Positions 12,511 through 24,458 of a stretch of DNA of 62,163 nt are shown in pieces. Source of the stretch: Octopus bimaculoides (Eukaryota); contig NC_068985.1 of assembly GCF_001194135.2 (NCBI RefSeq), forward strand, positions 93,723,687-93,785,849, written 5' to 3'. A model generated the notes under the pieces. The model was given only the letters and a program-made list of their open reading frames with translations. It was not told the origin of the DNA and did no database searches. Within the stretch, counting starts at the first letter, position 1, and each line of letters opens with the position of its first letter. Made by a program: the position numbers and the translations under genes.

Positions 12511-12793
12511 TGTGCGAGAATAAAAATGAAAAACAATATCATTTTTGACATTAATTTTGTTCTTTTTGTTTCCCTTTTTGTTTCTCTCCTTCCCTCACTG
12601 TCACCTCCCTTTCTCTCTCTCTGTTTCTCACTCACCTCTCTTTTTGCTCTTTCTGTGTCTTTCCTCTTCTTATTATTATCATCATCATCATCATCATCAT
12701 CATTATTATTAGAAAGTGTGAGAGAGTAAAAATGAAAGACATTATTTTCATTCTTTTCGCTTCTCTCTCTCCATCTCTCCTTCTAACACTGTC

Positions 12794-12836
<43 letters not shown>

Positions 12837-13619
12837 ACTCCTCTTTGTTCTTCTCTTACACCCTCTCTCCCCCTCACTCTCTGCCTCTCTTTTATTTCTT
12901 TCCTTCTCACCAAACTCCTTCGACCTCATTCTCCTCTCTTCTACTACAGGGGTTTTTGTTTTCTTTTCTTTTCTTTTCCAATTTTCTTTTTCTGTTTTTG
13001 GTTCTGTTCTGTTCCTGTTGACATCCTTTCTTCCCAGGATGGACAATAGCGATAGAAGACATGGTTTGGAATCAAAATGAAAACGATTTTCTCCGCTGAT
13101 CATTCAAAAATTCTATTCTAAGCTCATTTTAGATAAATCTGAAGTGACGCTTCAACGAGCATTTAGAAATGTGTCTAGCGACCGGCACAGAGATTGTTAC
13201 CTTCATCTTTCTTGTCTGTTACACGAGGAGTGGGGGAGGTGGTTCCAGCACCATTATCTCTATAACTAAAGCCATACGGAGAAAAAAAAAAGAAGGTAGC
13301 AGCAACAACAACAACAACAAAAGAAGCAAAAGCCACATAAATAAAAAAAAAAAACCTGACAATAAGAAGATGAAAAACAGAGGAAAGACAAAATACCTTT
13401 TTTGTTTAAAAAGTGAAATAAACCGAAAGAAACTAGTAAAGAGAAGAGATGCTTGACTTCACATCGGGAAGGTGGACTGGCATAAACAATAGACAATCTT
13501 AAGTAGCCTAAGTAGAGTACCTTATAGTGCTTTATTTTTGCCGCTCTGTGTACAGGGTTCTAATCTTGTCTTTTCTCACTTCTACATTATATACAGCTTC
13601 GCCTTACAGGCACTTGTGC

Positions 13620-13905
13620 CGGTGGCATGTAAACAAAACATTGGCTGACTCCTGTACAGGTGGCACATAAAAAACCACCATTTGAGTGTGGCAGTTGCCA
13701 GTACTGCCAGACTGGCCCTCGTGCCGGTGGCACGTAAAAAGCACCCACTACACACTCGGAGTGGTTGGCATTAGGAAGGGCATCCAGTTGTAGAAACTCT
13801 GCCAGATCAAGTTAGAGCCTCGTGCAGCCATATGGCTCGCCTATCCTCAGTCAAACCGTCCAACCCATACCAGCATGGAAAGCAGAAGTTAAACGATGAT
13901 GATGA
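13620..13905 (-). mobile_element. Family C SINE/LINE tail, long copy
   Basis: cgtaaaaagcacccactacac-ctcggagtggttggcattaggaagggcatccag...ttaaacgatgatgatg. Confidence 0.8.
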
Positions 13906-13919
13906 TGATATATATATAT

Positions 13920-14080
13920 AGGTGTAGGAGTAGCTGTGTGGTAAGAAGCTTGCTTCCCAACCACATGGTTCTGGGTTCAGTCCCACAGCGTGACACCTAG
14001 GGCAAGTGTCTTCTGCTATAGCCTTGGGCTGTCCAAAGCCTTGTGAGTGGATTTGATAGATGGAAACTGAAAGAAGCCTG

Positions 14081-14125
<45 letters not shown>

Positions 14126-14150
14126 CGTGTCTGTGTTTGTCCCCTCTACC
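13920..14150 (+). mobile_element. CORE-like SINE (family B)
   Basis: gtggtaagaagcttgcttcccaaccacatggttctgggttcagtccc...gggcaagtgtcttct...ggaaactgaaagaagcc. Confidence 0.85.
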
Positions 14151-14414
14151 TGTTTTGGCATCACATGATGGATGTAAATGAGCCCCATCATCATGCAAGT
14201 GGAGTTGTTTGCCCCCAGTTTTCTTTGACAGACATGTCTTGCCAAGGGGAATTATTACCTTGCTTGGAAGTAGGGGACAATTGATGACAGGAACTGAATC
14301 CCACTGGAGAAAATCTGCCTCAATGAATTCTATATAAGCCATACGAGCATGTAGAAGTGAATGTTAAAAGATAATGATGACAATGATAATGATGATATAT
14401 TACTGCTGCTGCTG

Positions 14415-14463
<49 letters not shown>

Positions 14464-15161
14464 AGCTGCTGCTGCTACCACTATCACCACTCCTACAATT
14501 ACTATCACCACCTCCACCATCACTACCAACAACAATAGTGGCAAAACCACCATCATCATCAACAACAGCAACAACAACAACAACAACACCCCCACCACCA
14601 CCACTGCCACTCTTTCACTGCTGCTTTATATCTGCACCATTGCACCAATGTCAGAGTTGTTGAATTACAAGACCTAAATCACAACCGTTCTCTGTATGAC
14701 TCCAACATTTTCTTGATTTATTTCGAAGATTTCAACTTATTAGCAAAGTTTTCCTTTCCGCCCACCTTCTCCCCCTCCCTCACCCGTTTCTATTCCTAGC
14801 TTTTTATCGGTTTACCGAAATGTTTTCCCCTGGAGTATGATTTAGAATTTTCGCTTTATTCCAGACCTATTTGGATCATTAATCTTGGAAATATTTTCTC
14901 CTTTGCAGCTTAAGTATACGTTTCTATTTTCTCTCTGTGACAGTTACTTATTTGAGATCAAAATTATGACACAATGACCTTTCCTAGCTTCTGCTTCGAT
15001 GCAAGTTGTTTCTGTCAAATGTTTCTTTTCTCTTAAATACCAAGAATAACTTCATTCCTGTTTTTTGTTTTCCGTTTTCTCCTCTCTGTATTTATTTTGC
15101 CTTCCATCTCATTCCTGTATATTCAAAGTTGTTTCGTTTATATTTTCTTTCTGTTTACTAG

Positions 15162-15364
15162 ATTTTAATGAAAGAATTAAAGCATTGGAAAATCTAAACC
15201 AAGAGAAATTTCTGGAAGAGTTTAATGAACGGAAGAAGAAGCAGAGGGAGAGATTTCTTGCGCAGAAATGTCAGCGGTTAGATGTTGGTGCACTTTTTGA
15301 CTCTCTTGGCAAATCAAGTTCCAACATTTGCAGAATTTTACTTCATAAAAATACTGGTCACTGG
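15162..15364 (+). CDS. Exon of unidentified plus-strand gene (DFNERIKALENLNQEKFLEEFNERKKKQRERFLAQKCQR...LLHKNTGHW)
   Basis: ttttctttctgtttactag acceptor, TGG|gtaact donor, 203 nt phase 1-0, coiled-coil-like composition. Confidence 0.65.
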
Positions 15365-15935
15365 GTAACTTTGAGGGTCAATAAACAGTTGAGTGCCATG
15401 GGTAGGGAGTGGGTGGTGAGGAACAGGGAGAAGGAAAAAATATACAAGGGTTTTGTTTCACAATAACAGGGTTCTAGGGTCTTTTGCATTCTGGTTTCAA
15501 ATTCAGCTCAGTTCGATTTGGCTTTGCATCTTTTCTCAAATTTGATAAATAAATATCTATTAATTACCGGGGTCGATGTAATCGACTAGAGCCCTTCCCC
15601 AAAATCTCAAGCCTTGTGTAGAGCCCTTCCCCAAAATTTCAAGCTGTTGGTGTGGATATAAATTTGCTGCATTTTACTCACTGTCAGCAATATTTGTGAC
15701 TTGTATTTGCTTCCATACAAGAAGCTGAAACTTAGTTGAGCATTTCAACATCCAATTGCCTGTATCAAAATGGGGCGGAGAAAAGAAACCCATGACTTCC
15801 AGTTAAAATTCTGTAGATACATTTTGAAAAATGCTAATTCTATGTCATGATGTGGTTTTGCAAACAGTGCATTCGGTCTCTTTAGTTCCTAATTAGTCGT
15901 TATGGATTTCTTTTTTTTTTCTTTTTTTTTTTCAG

Positions 15936-16103
15936 TTACAAAAAAAATGTGGTCAGACATTTTGTCTGAAGAAATTGAAGTCACATGAGAATGAAGGCAA
16001 ATCAATAGAGAAAAAGGAGACAAATATTTCTCAAGACTTCCGAAGAAATATTAATGAATTTGAGAAGAAGCAGCTCTTTCACAGGGGTGTTTATTCTTTT
16101 AAG
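15936..16103 (+). CDS. Next exon (LQKKCGQTFCLKKLKSHENEG...KKQLFHRGVYSFK)
   Basis: Long T-tract + cag acceptor, AAG|gtttgt donor, 168 nt open, phase 0-0. Confidence 0.7.
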
Positions 16104-16200
16104 GTTTGTGATACCTAAATTATTTTGTTGCTGAAATCAATGTCCCTTTTTACAAAGGTTTTTATCACACAAATGCATGCACATACATGCATTCCATATA

Positions 16201-16260
16201 CAGGGGTTGGACAAAATAATGGAGACACCTTAAAATTTCAAACAATTTTGAAGTCTGTAT
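16201..16260 (+). mobile_element. Tc1/mariner-type terminal inverted repeat, solitary end
   Basis: TA|caggggttggacaaaataatggagacacc; partner TIR not seen. Confidence 0.5.
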
Positions 16261-16519
16261 ATGCATCCTTGGTAAATCCTTCACAGTAATCTTTCATATT
16301 TTAAAAAATAGCATTCAATTAATTATACAAACTTCACCTTCTCCAACTCTGATGAGCGGAAGTATTGCCTATCAAAGTTTATCAATCTTGGATTCCATTA
16401 TAAAGACAATACTTTTGCGAAACGATCGTAAGATGTATTAAAGTTTTTTACCTTTTTAAACATACAGCCATGTCTGCTCCTGGACAACCATTCCTGGTCT
16501 AATATTTTTAATTCTTTAA

Positions 16520-16910
16520 GGTAGTAAGCTGGCAGAAACATTAGCACGACGGGCAAAATGCTTAGTGGTATTTCGTCTGTCTTTACATTCTGAGTTCAAA
16601 TTCCGCCGAGGTCGACTTTGCCTTTCATCCTTTCGGGGTCGATAAATTAAGTACCAGTTGCATACTGGGGTCAATCTAATCAGCTGGCCACTTCCCCAAA
16701 ATTTCAGGCCTTGTGCCTAGTGTAGAAAATAATATTTTAAATTCTTTTCATCTGTCTTTATGTTCTGAGTTCAAATTCCGCCGAGGTCGACTTTGCCTTT
16801 CATCCTTTCAGGGTCAATAAATTAAGTACCAGTTGCATACTGGCGTAAATCTAATCGACTGGTTCTCTCCCACAAAATTTCGAACCTTGTGCCTAGAGTA
16901 GAAAAGGACA
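16520..16910 (+). mobile_element. Two tandem Meta-like SINEs (family A)
   Basis: gctggcagaaacattagcacg...gagttcaaattccgccgaggtcgactttgcctttcatcctttcggggtcgataaattaagtacc repeated; the gcctttcatcc...gtcgataaa...gtacc core resembles the Meta domain. Confidence 0.85.
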
Positions 16911-17665
16911 TTTTTAATTCTTTAATTTGTGGAGTATTAATAATGTAAAGTAGAACAAAATATGCAGTCGAGAGAGCATTTTATTGGATGGCTAATATAA
17001 TGGTCTTATTTTCTTAGCAACGGCGGCAGACAATTGAAGACATTTCTGACTTATGTCGATGTCTTCAATATAGCTGAAGTCTCCAGAGTAATTTGATGAA
17101 GAGCAAACAAATCAATTACTGTGTAAATGTAGAGAAATATATATTTGTTGGTTCAGGAAAATAGAATTGTTTCGAAGATAAATAATTGTCGAGACGATGC
17201 CATCCACATGCTAAATGGTAGTTAAGAGGTTATCTATTGTTGACTTAATTCATTGAGATTTAAAGAGCCGATGTAGAATAATATATATATAAAAAAAAAG
17301 ATAAAATGTGGTTAGGAGGTGGGGAGCCAAAACCAAAAGAATATTAGTTGATGGCTAAGATAATTTCCCTTATTAAGGCAGCGAGTTGGTTGAATCGTTA
17401 GCTGGATTGCTAAATGGCTTAGAGACATTTTTTTATGTTTTCATGTTCGGAGATCGAATACTACTGAGATTGACTTTGCTTTTCATCCTTTCAGGGTTGA
17501 TCAAATAAGTACCAGTCATTATCTGGGGTTGATGCAATTGACTAATCTCCCCCCACCTAAAATTGCTGGCCTTGTACCAAAATTTGAAACTAGTATAATT
17601 TTCTTTTATTTTCTTTCACTTTTTTTATTATAATTCTTTTTTTATTTTTCTCTCTTCCCTTTCAG

Positions 17666-17761
17666 ATGTCAAATCTTATTAACTACCATTATTCCTTTAA
17701 CCGAAAAATAGCTGAAAAAGAGTTTCATAAGCTGGAAAAACGTAGCATGTCCCACTCATAG
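17666..17761 (+). CDS. Last coding exon (MSNLINYHYSFNRKIAEKEFHKLEKRSMSHS*)
   Basis: ttttctctcttccctttcag acceptor, phase 0, TAG at 17759-17761, then AAG|gtaaaa donor. Confidence 0.55.
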   Translation: MSNLINYHYSFNRKIAEKEFHKLEKRSMSHS

Positions 17762-18199
17762 AAGGTAAAATATATTTTCTTGTTGTTTAGCTCTGGTTGG
17801 CCCTGCACAAACAAAGCTATAATAAAAGACATTCTAGCTTTGGCCATCCTGCCTTTCTTCACTTTCTTCATCCTCATCATTATCATCCTCCTCCTCATCA
17901 TCACCATTGTTTTTAAATGTCCACTTTTTCTTGCTTGCATGGGTCAGACAGAATTTATTGAGGATGATTTTCTACATCTGAATGCACTTCCTGTTGCCAA
18001 CCCTTGTCTGTTTCTAAGCTGTGTAATATTTCCCCATAACCAGATGTGTTTTTCATGCAAGATGAGAAACAAACAGAATTATTTGTATGATGGTGATGCA
18101 TATTTTCAACCATCACATGATGTCAAAACAAGTGTTCACTCAAAGACATGGCACCAGTGCCAGCAATTTCTATGTGGCACCCTCACCAGTGCTTTTCAG

Positions 18200-18335
18200 T
18201 ATTTACAATTGACGGTTATTTGTCCTCATCGTGTTTGTTGTTAACACAACGTTATTGCTGATATACCCTCCAGCCTTCATCAGGTGTCTTGGGGAAATTT
18301 TGAACCTGGGTTCTCATTCCTAAGGAATTTTTCGA

Positions 18336-18377
<42 letters not shown>

Positions 18378-18493
18378 CAAGGAAGGATAGGAGAATATTA
18401 AATTTATAAGCCCTAAAATTCACTCCATAATTGTCATATGGCATAGTGGTTAAGAGCGCAGGCAAAATTCTGAGTTTGATTCCAAGCAGTGAA

Positions 18494-18550
<57 letters not shown>
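18200..18550. mobile_element. Rearranged copy of the tRNA/hammerhead Penelope 3' end (inverted halves)
   Basis: 18200-18375 matches 3540-3660 in the same orientation; 18379-18500 is the reverse complement of 3665-3800. Confidence 0.8.
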
Positions 18551-19528
18551 CAGATACACATACACACAAACACACACAAGCACACACAAACACACACAAG
18601 CACACACAAATATGCATGCACACATACACATAGACACACAAACACACACACACACACACATATGTGTATACAATAGGCTTGTTTCAGTTGCCATCTACCA
18701 AATCCACAATAGCACTGCTCTGGTCAACTTGCAGCTGGTTACCCTGCATTGGTACTGAACCCAGCACCAAATGGTCAGGAAGCCAGCTTCTGAACCACAC
18801 AGCCATGCCTGCTCGGAACAGTCATAACCGGGCATGAATTATTTGGGGTAAAAAGTCAGATAAACGATAACAGATACAGAGAAATATTTTTATTTATTCA
18901 ATAATTGCCGAAGAGTGATAATTCCATTTACACTTTGCAGGAAGCCATTGGCAACGATGCACTTGACTCACCCAAACAATGTTTACATTAAACTGATAAG
19001 CTATCGTTTGTATATTCCAAACAGAAGCAGCAACAACAACAACAACAACAAGAACACTCACAGAAGCAACAACAGCATAACAGCAGCAGCAGTAGCAGCA
19101 GCAGCAGTAGCAGCAGCAGGTCTATGTCCTCTTTAAATCCTTGAATCTGCTGGTGCCTGTTTCTTCATCGTTGTCTCTGTCAATACACCGACAATATATT
19201 TTTAATCAATGATTCTATGGATTAAAAATGCTAAATAAAGAGGCTGTAATAATATTTATTTTCTTTCTTTATTTGTAACCTTGTAAAGTTGGCCTGTTTT
19301 AAAGTAAGACATTGCTTAAGTCACTACAAATAATGCCTATCTGTGTTATCTATTGATTAAACTATTTCATGCTGTGGGTTAGATTTTTTTTTTTTGAGTC
19401 TTTTATTCTATTTTATTTCAGTTTCTTTATTCATTTTTTTTTTTTTCAATCTCTCTCTATTGACAAACTCAAAGCAGTCTGATGGAATCGATTCTCTTTA
19501 CAGTTGTTTTTCTGCAGCCATTTAACAA

Positions 19529-19581
19529 TCACAAAGCATTTCTGCTGATGAGGTTCAATTCAGTCGGTTTAATCCGTTCCT
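19529..19581 (-). CDS. Putative last coding exon (EERIKPTELNLISRNAL*)
   Basis: gtttttctattcacag acceptor, phase 1; a further acceptor at 19176 and AATAAA at 18889-18898 (minus) suggest a 3' end. Confidence 0.3.
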
Positions 19582-19726
19582 CTGTGAATAGAAAAACATT
19601 CAAACATCATTGAATGGAAGAAGCAGAAATGGTGAATGGATTTCTCTCTGTTAACCTTCACCAAAATTCATGATGATTAAACAAGAAATGCGGGGAGACC
19701 CCGCTTTGAATTTGATCAGCAATTAC

Positions 19727-19798
19727 CCTCAGGAAATTGAAATCCTTCTCTGTAGATTTGCGATAAAGAAAGCAAATAGCGTTGTAACTGTGTAATGG
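19727..19798 (-). CDS. Putative exon of a minus-strand gene (AITQLQRYLLSLSQIYREGFQFPE, frame uncertain)
   Basis: atagttctttcag acceptor, G|gtaatt donor, 72 nt. All three frames are nearly open, so the frame is not fixed. Confidence 0.35.
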
Positions 19799-20058
19799 CT
19801 GAAAGAACTATTGAAATATGTGAGAAGTGAGTGTAAAGTGCTTCCAAATGATTGCCTTCTGTTGTACCGACTGCATTTGGGAATTATTTAGATGAAAGAT
19901 TCCTTTAATTGGGATATTTCACACTTGGGCAAGACAAATCTATTAAAGAAAGGCCTTATTGTGTAATCAATCAATGTTAGATAACAGTCAAAATCTCTCT
20001 CACTTATCTGTCTGACTAGTAGACCTCCTACTCTCTCCGTCTGACACTGTATCCCTTA

Positions 20059-20102
<44 letters not shown>

Positions 20103-20933
20103 CACTCTCCCTCACTCTCTTTCATCTCTCTACATGCTCTCTTTCACTGTTCTCTTCTTTCTTTACCGTTTGATTTCCTTCAATTACTTCATTTAATGCT
20201 TTCTCTTCAGTTCATTTTCGATAATCACTTTTCATGCCTCATGTGGCCACACGGCGAGTGTCAAACGGTTGGCACAACTGCTCGCCTTCCACACCAATTA
20301 CTTGCATAAATTATTATATAAAAGAACTTCGTTACCAAACCAGTTGATTAGATCTATAACACGACTGTTCAAACAACCTGCTACTTACCAAACTGTTCTA
20401 AATGGTATTCATTCCATATTCCTTCTGGAAAGGACACCAAAATGTATCTACCAGACTATATCTAACTTTGGTATTAATTACAAATGCAAGCTTTGGCTTC
20501 TTACCAACAACTACCTGATCAATAACGTTAAATTCTTGCAATCAATATAGTTTGAATAATTAAATTCTTTGCATACAATTAAAACGCATAAAATTATTTA
20601 TAGGAAGGCCAGTGAGTTGAAATTTAATAATTCCAATGTTTCCTGAAGATATCAAAAGAGGAAGAGAACAACAACAACAACAACAATGATGATGATGATG
20701 ATGATGATGATAATAATAATAATAATAATAATAATACATATACATACATAGACTCACACACACACACACATATACACACACTCGTGTGTGTATGTGTATC
20801 TATGTACTTCCCAACCACATGGTTCCAGGTTCAGACCCACTACATCGCACCTTGGTCAAGTGTCTTCTACTATAGCTTCAGGCTGACCAAAGCCTTCTAA
20901 GTGGATTTAGTAGACAGAAACTGTATGATGCCT

Positions 20934-20959
<26 letters not shown>

Positions 20960-20970
<11 letters not shown>

Positions 20971-21125
20971 TTTATTTAAAAACAGCAGAAATATAACAGA
21001 AAGTTGTTACTCAGAGTTTCACGTTCCCGTCATCAGACAGTTTTTAAATAAAGCATACTACTCTACTTCTGGTATTTGAGTACTCTTTTTTCCACCTTGT
21101 TTCACATTTATGTGCTTACTCTGGT
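20960..21125 (-). mobile_element. Short (TA)n-flanked Penelope-type segment with hammerhead-like motif
   Basis: Minus: CTGT-CTGATGA-CG GGAA CG T-GAAA-CTC T GAG-TA-ACAA at 21004-21040; (TA)n on both sides. Confidence 0.6.
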
Positions 21126-22595
21126 ATATATATATATATATANNNNNNNNNNNNNNNNNNNNNNNNNNNNNNNNNNNNNNNNNNNNNNNNNNNNNNNNNN
21201 NNNNNNNNNNNNNNNNNNNNNNNNNNNNNNNNNNNNNNNNNNNNNNNNNNNNNNNNNNNNNNNNNNNNNNNNNNNNNNNNNNNNNNNNNNNNNNNNNNNN
21301 NNNNNNNNNNNNNNNTATATATAGGGAAAATAGGACAAGGTAGAAAATGCTAAAATAATTTTATCATGAAGAACATTTTAATACTGGTTTCAGTCTTTGC
21401 AACTTTTTCAACTTAGAGTAAAGCATGAAAATCAATTAAATTGTTGAAAAATTAAATGAAATGCTTTTTAAAAATATTTCCATAGTTTTCAAATGTAAGG
21501 GACATTTTCTCTTTTTCTGCCTGTCTGTCTGCTTCATTTTTACCCTTGTGAGGGCTTGGTACCAGGTAGCAGCAGTCCTAATATATATAATAAACTCAAG
21601 GAAAAGAAAAGTCTTTTTCATCAAAGGGATGTAAAACATCCAATTTTCACTGGTTCTTCAGTTAGATACCACAATATAGTAGAGAAAAAATGGTATGATT
21701 TCAATATATAAATATTAAAGGAAATAGAGAAATACAATTGACATATTAAAAATTTATTTACATTATAATATAATATAATATAATTTTACTATAAAAACAT
21801 ATTATGTAATAAAATATAATATAACAAATAATTAAAGCAAATATATAACTACACTCTCGGAGTGGTTGGCATTAGGAAGGGCATCCTGCTGTAGAAACTC
21901 TGCCAGATCAGATTGGAGCCTGGTGCAGCCATCTGGTTCATCAGTCCTCAGTCAAATCGTCCAACCCATGCTAGCATGGAAAGCGGACGTTAAACAATGA
22001 TGATGATGATATGTCCTACAAGTATATACATATATGACACAGAATGTGACATGGCTGGCCCTTTCAGTTACAGGTCCTACTCATTTTTGCCAGCTGAGTG
22101 GATTGGAGCAACATGAAAGAGTCTGGCTCAAGGACACGTGTCTTTGGGAATTGAACTCATGACCTTACAGTCAAGATCCATGTACCCTGACCACCAAGCC
22201 ACATACCTTCGCAAAATTCTGTGCATATTAAATGATATCTATCATCATCGTCATTGTCGTCATCGTGGAAATGAGTCAGAGGAATGCATTGAGCTCCAAT
22301 GTCTGCTTTGGCATGGTTTCTATGGCCGGATGCTCTTCTGAACATCGCCCACTTTACAGAATGTAATGGGGTGCTGTGTTCAGGGCAGTGGCAGGAGTGA
22401 AGTCAACAAGACTCTCCATCTGAGTGGGGCTGCAGCCATTGGCTTGGAAATAAGGGGTACGGGGGTGCAAGAGCACCCCTTAAAATTTTGTGCGGGGAAT
22501 CAAAACACTTTGAACATCCCCCTGAAAAATTTCATCACCGAAATGAGCAAGAGGACATTTTTGGACTGATTTGAAACATTACTTGGATTCATCTG

Positions 22596-23022
22596 AAGGC
22601 GGCAAGTTGGCAGAAACGTTAGCACGTCGGGCGAAATGCTTAGTGGTATTTCGTCTGCCGCTACGTTCTGAGGTCAAATTCCGCCGAGGTCCACTTTGCC
22701 TTTCCTCCTTTAAATTGAAGAAATACCAGTTACGCACTGGGATCGATATAATCAACCTAATCTGTTTGTCTGTCCTTGTTTGTCCCCACTGTGTGTAGCC
22801 CCTTGTGGGCAGTAAAGAAATAAGAAACGTTAGCACGCCGGGCGAAATGCTTGGGAGTATTTCATCTGTCTTTACGTTCTGAGTTCAAATTCCGCCGAGG
22901 TTGACTTTGCCTTCCATCATTTCGGGGTCGATAAATTAAATACCAGTTGCATACTAGGGGTGAATCTAATCGACTGGTCCCTTCCCCCAAAATTTCGGGC
23001 TTTATGCCTAGAGTAGGAAAGA
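22596..23022 (+). mobile_element. Meta-like SINE dimer (family A, tail type 1 followed by tail type 2)
   Basis: Second unit starts at agaaacgttagcacg directly after aaagaaata; same arrangement at 31030-31392 and 58083-58520. Confidence 0.85.
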
Positions 23023-23099
23023 AAATTATAATTAAAGAGTCGTTTACTATAGAAATATTTAAATGTTTTTTCTATATTTGAATAAAATACTTTCTGTAC

Positions 23100-23700
23100 C
23101 GATCACTGACTTTTGAACATCTTGGGCATTGGAAGAGAAATATGTCACCATTCCAAGGACTGAGCTCTCGTTCTGGATTATAAAGATACACCCAAGTTTC
23201 ATCTCTTGTCACCTGATCAGAAACATGTGTCTCCCTTGACTTAAAATGCTTCCAGCAGATTAGAGTAGACGTCTATCTTTCCTGCATTCAAATCTGATGT
23301 CAACTGACGATACCCACTTTGCACTCTTTTTCGATACCCAAAGTTTTTTACCATCTTTTGTAACGAACTGTGACCACAGTATAGCTGTGCAAGCATCTCA
23401 CGGATTCGTCGGTCCATTCGCAGACGGTTCATTGTAAGTGGTTGCAGTTGATAGTCTTCCACTACGTAGTTGGTCTTCAATGCAGCTTCTCTCTTTCTTT
23501 GAACTGAAGCCATCTGTACACATTTGCTCTTGTCAATGGCATCGACTCCGTTAACGACGTGCAGCATTCTGTTGATGTCAGATAGCTTAGACGTCTCCTT
23601 TGTTATGAAGTGAATGCTGGTATGGTGCTTCTACTCAAAAGTCATTATTTACTTGCAATGAAGGTGAAAGCGTTACAATAGAGGAACAGTTACTCTGCCA
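23100..23700 (-). mobile_element. Mariner transposase remnant
   Basis: ...DINRMLHVVNGVDAIDKS...MDRRIREM...FGYRK...RQLTSD, then frameshift to VTRDETWVYLYNPE (first catalytic D, VTGDETW motif). Confidence 0.8.
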
Positions 23701-23721
23701 ACAAGTGTGCGTGTGTGAGTG

Positions 23722-23758
<37 letters not shown>

Positions 23759-23962
23759 TCTCTCTCTCTCTCTTTCTCTTTCTCTCTCTGTCTCACTATC
23801 TACCTACCTACCTACCGACCTACCTACCTACCTACCTACCTAACTACCTATCTATCTATCTCTATGTATGTCTGTCTGTCTATTTATTTGTCTTTCTGTC
23901 TATCTATTTGTCTGTCGGTCTGTCTGTCTGTCTACCTGTCTGTCTGTCTATCTGTCTGTCTG

Positions 23963-24007
<45 letters not shown>

Positions 24008-24039
24008 ATCTATCTATCTATCTATCTATTTGTCTATGT

Positions 24040-24420
24040 ATCTATTGTGTGGTAAGAAGTTTGCCTCCCAACCACATAGTTCTGGGTTCATTTCTTCTGT
24101 GCGACACCTCAAGCAATCAAAGCATGATTGGATTTGATAGGAAAAACTTGAAAGAAGCCCTATGTATGTGTGTGTTTGTGCACGCATGTTTGTTTTGTGT
24201 GTGTGTGTCTTTGTGTTTGTGTTTGCCCCCTACTACCGCTTGACAACTGGTGTTGGTTTGTTTACGTTCCCATAACTTAGAGGTTCGGCAAAAGCAAAAA
24301 AATTAAAAAAATAGAGCTATGGAATGGGTATCAAACAAAAATAAGTACTAGGGTCGACTCGTTCTCATAAATTTCTTCAAGACGGCGCCCCAGCTTGGCA
24401 GCAATGTAATGACTAAAGCA
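24040..24420 (+). mobile_element. CORE-like SINE (family B)
   Basis: Head, core and tail as in other family-B copies. Confidence 0.8.
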
Positions 24421-24458
24421 AAAATAATATATACTTACACGACACACACACACACATA

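Noticed and set aside
13133-13238. Candidate upstream plus exon DKSEVTLQRAFRNVSSDRHRDCYLHLSCLLHEEWG
   Set aside because: Could not be linked in phase to 15162 through a convincing intermediate exon; weak donor.
20225-20550. 93-aa ORF with faint GIY-YIG-like residues
   Set aside because: Motifs are split across frames and too weak to call.
23241-23567. 108-aa minus ORF as a host exon
   Set aside because: Explained by the mariner DNA-binding domain, with VTRDETW downstream.
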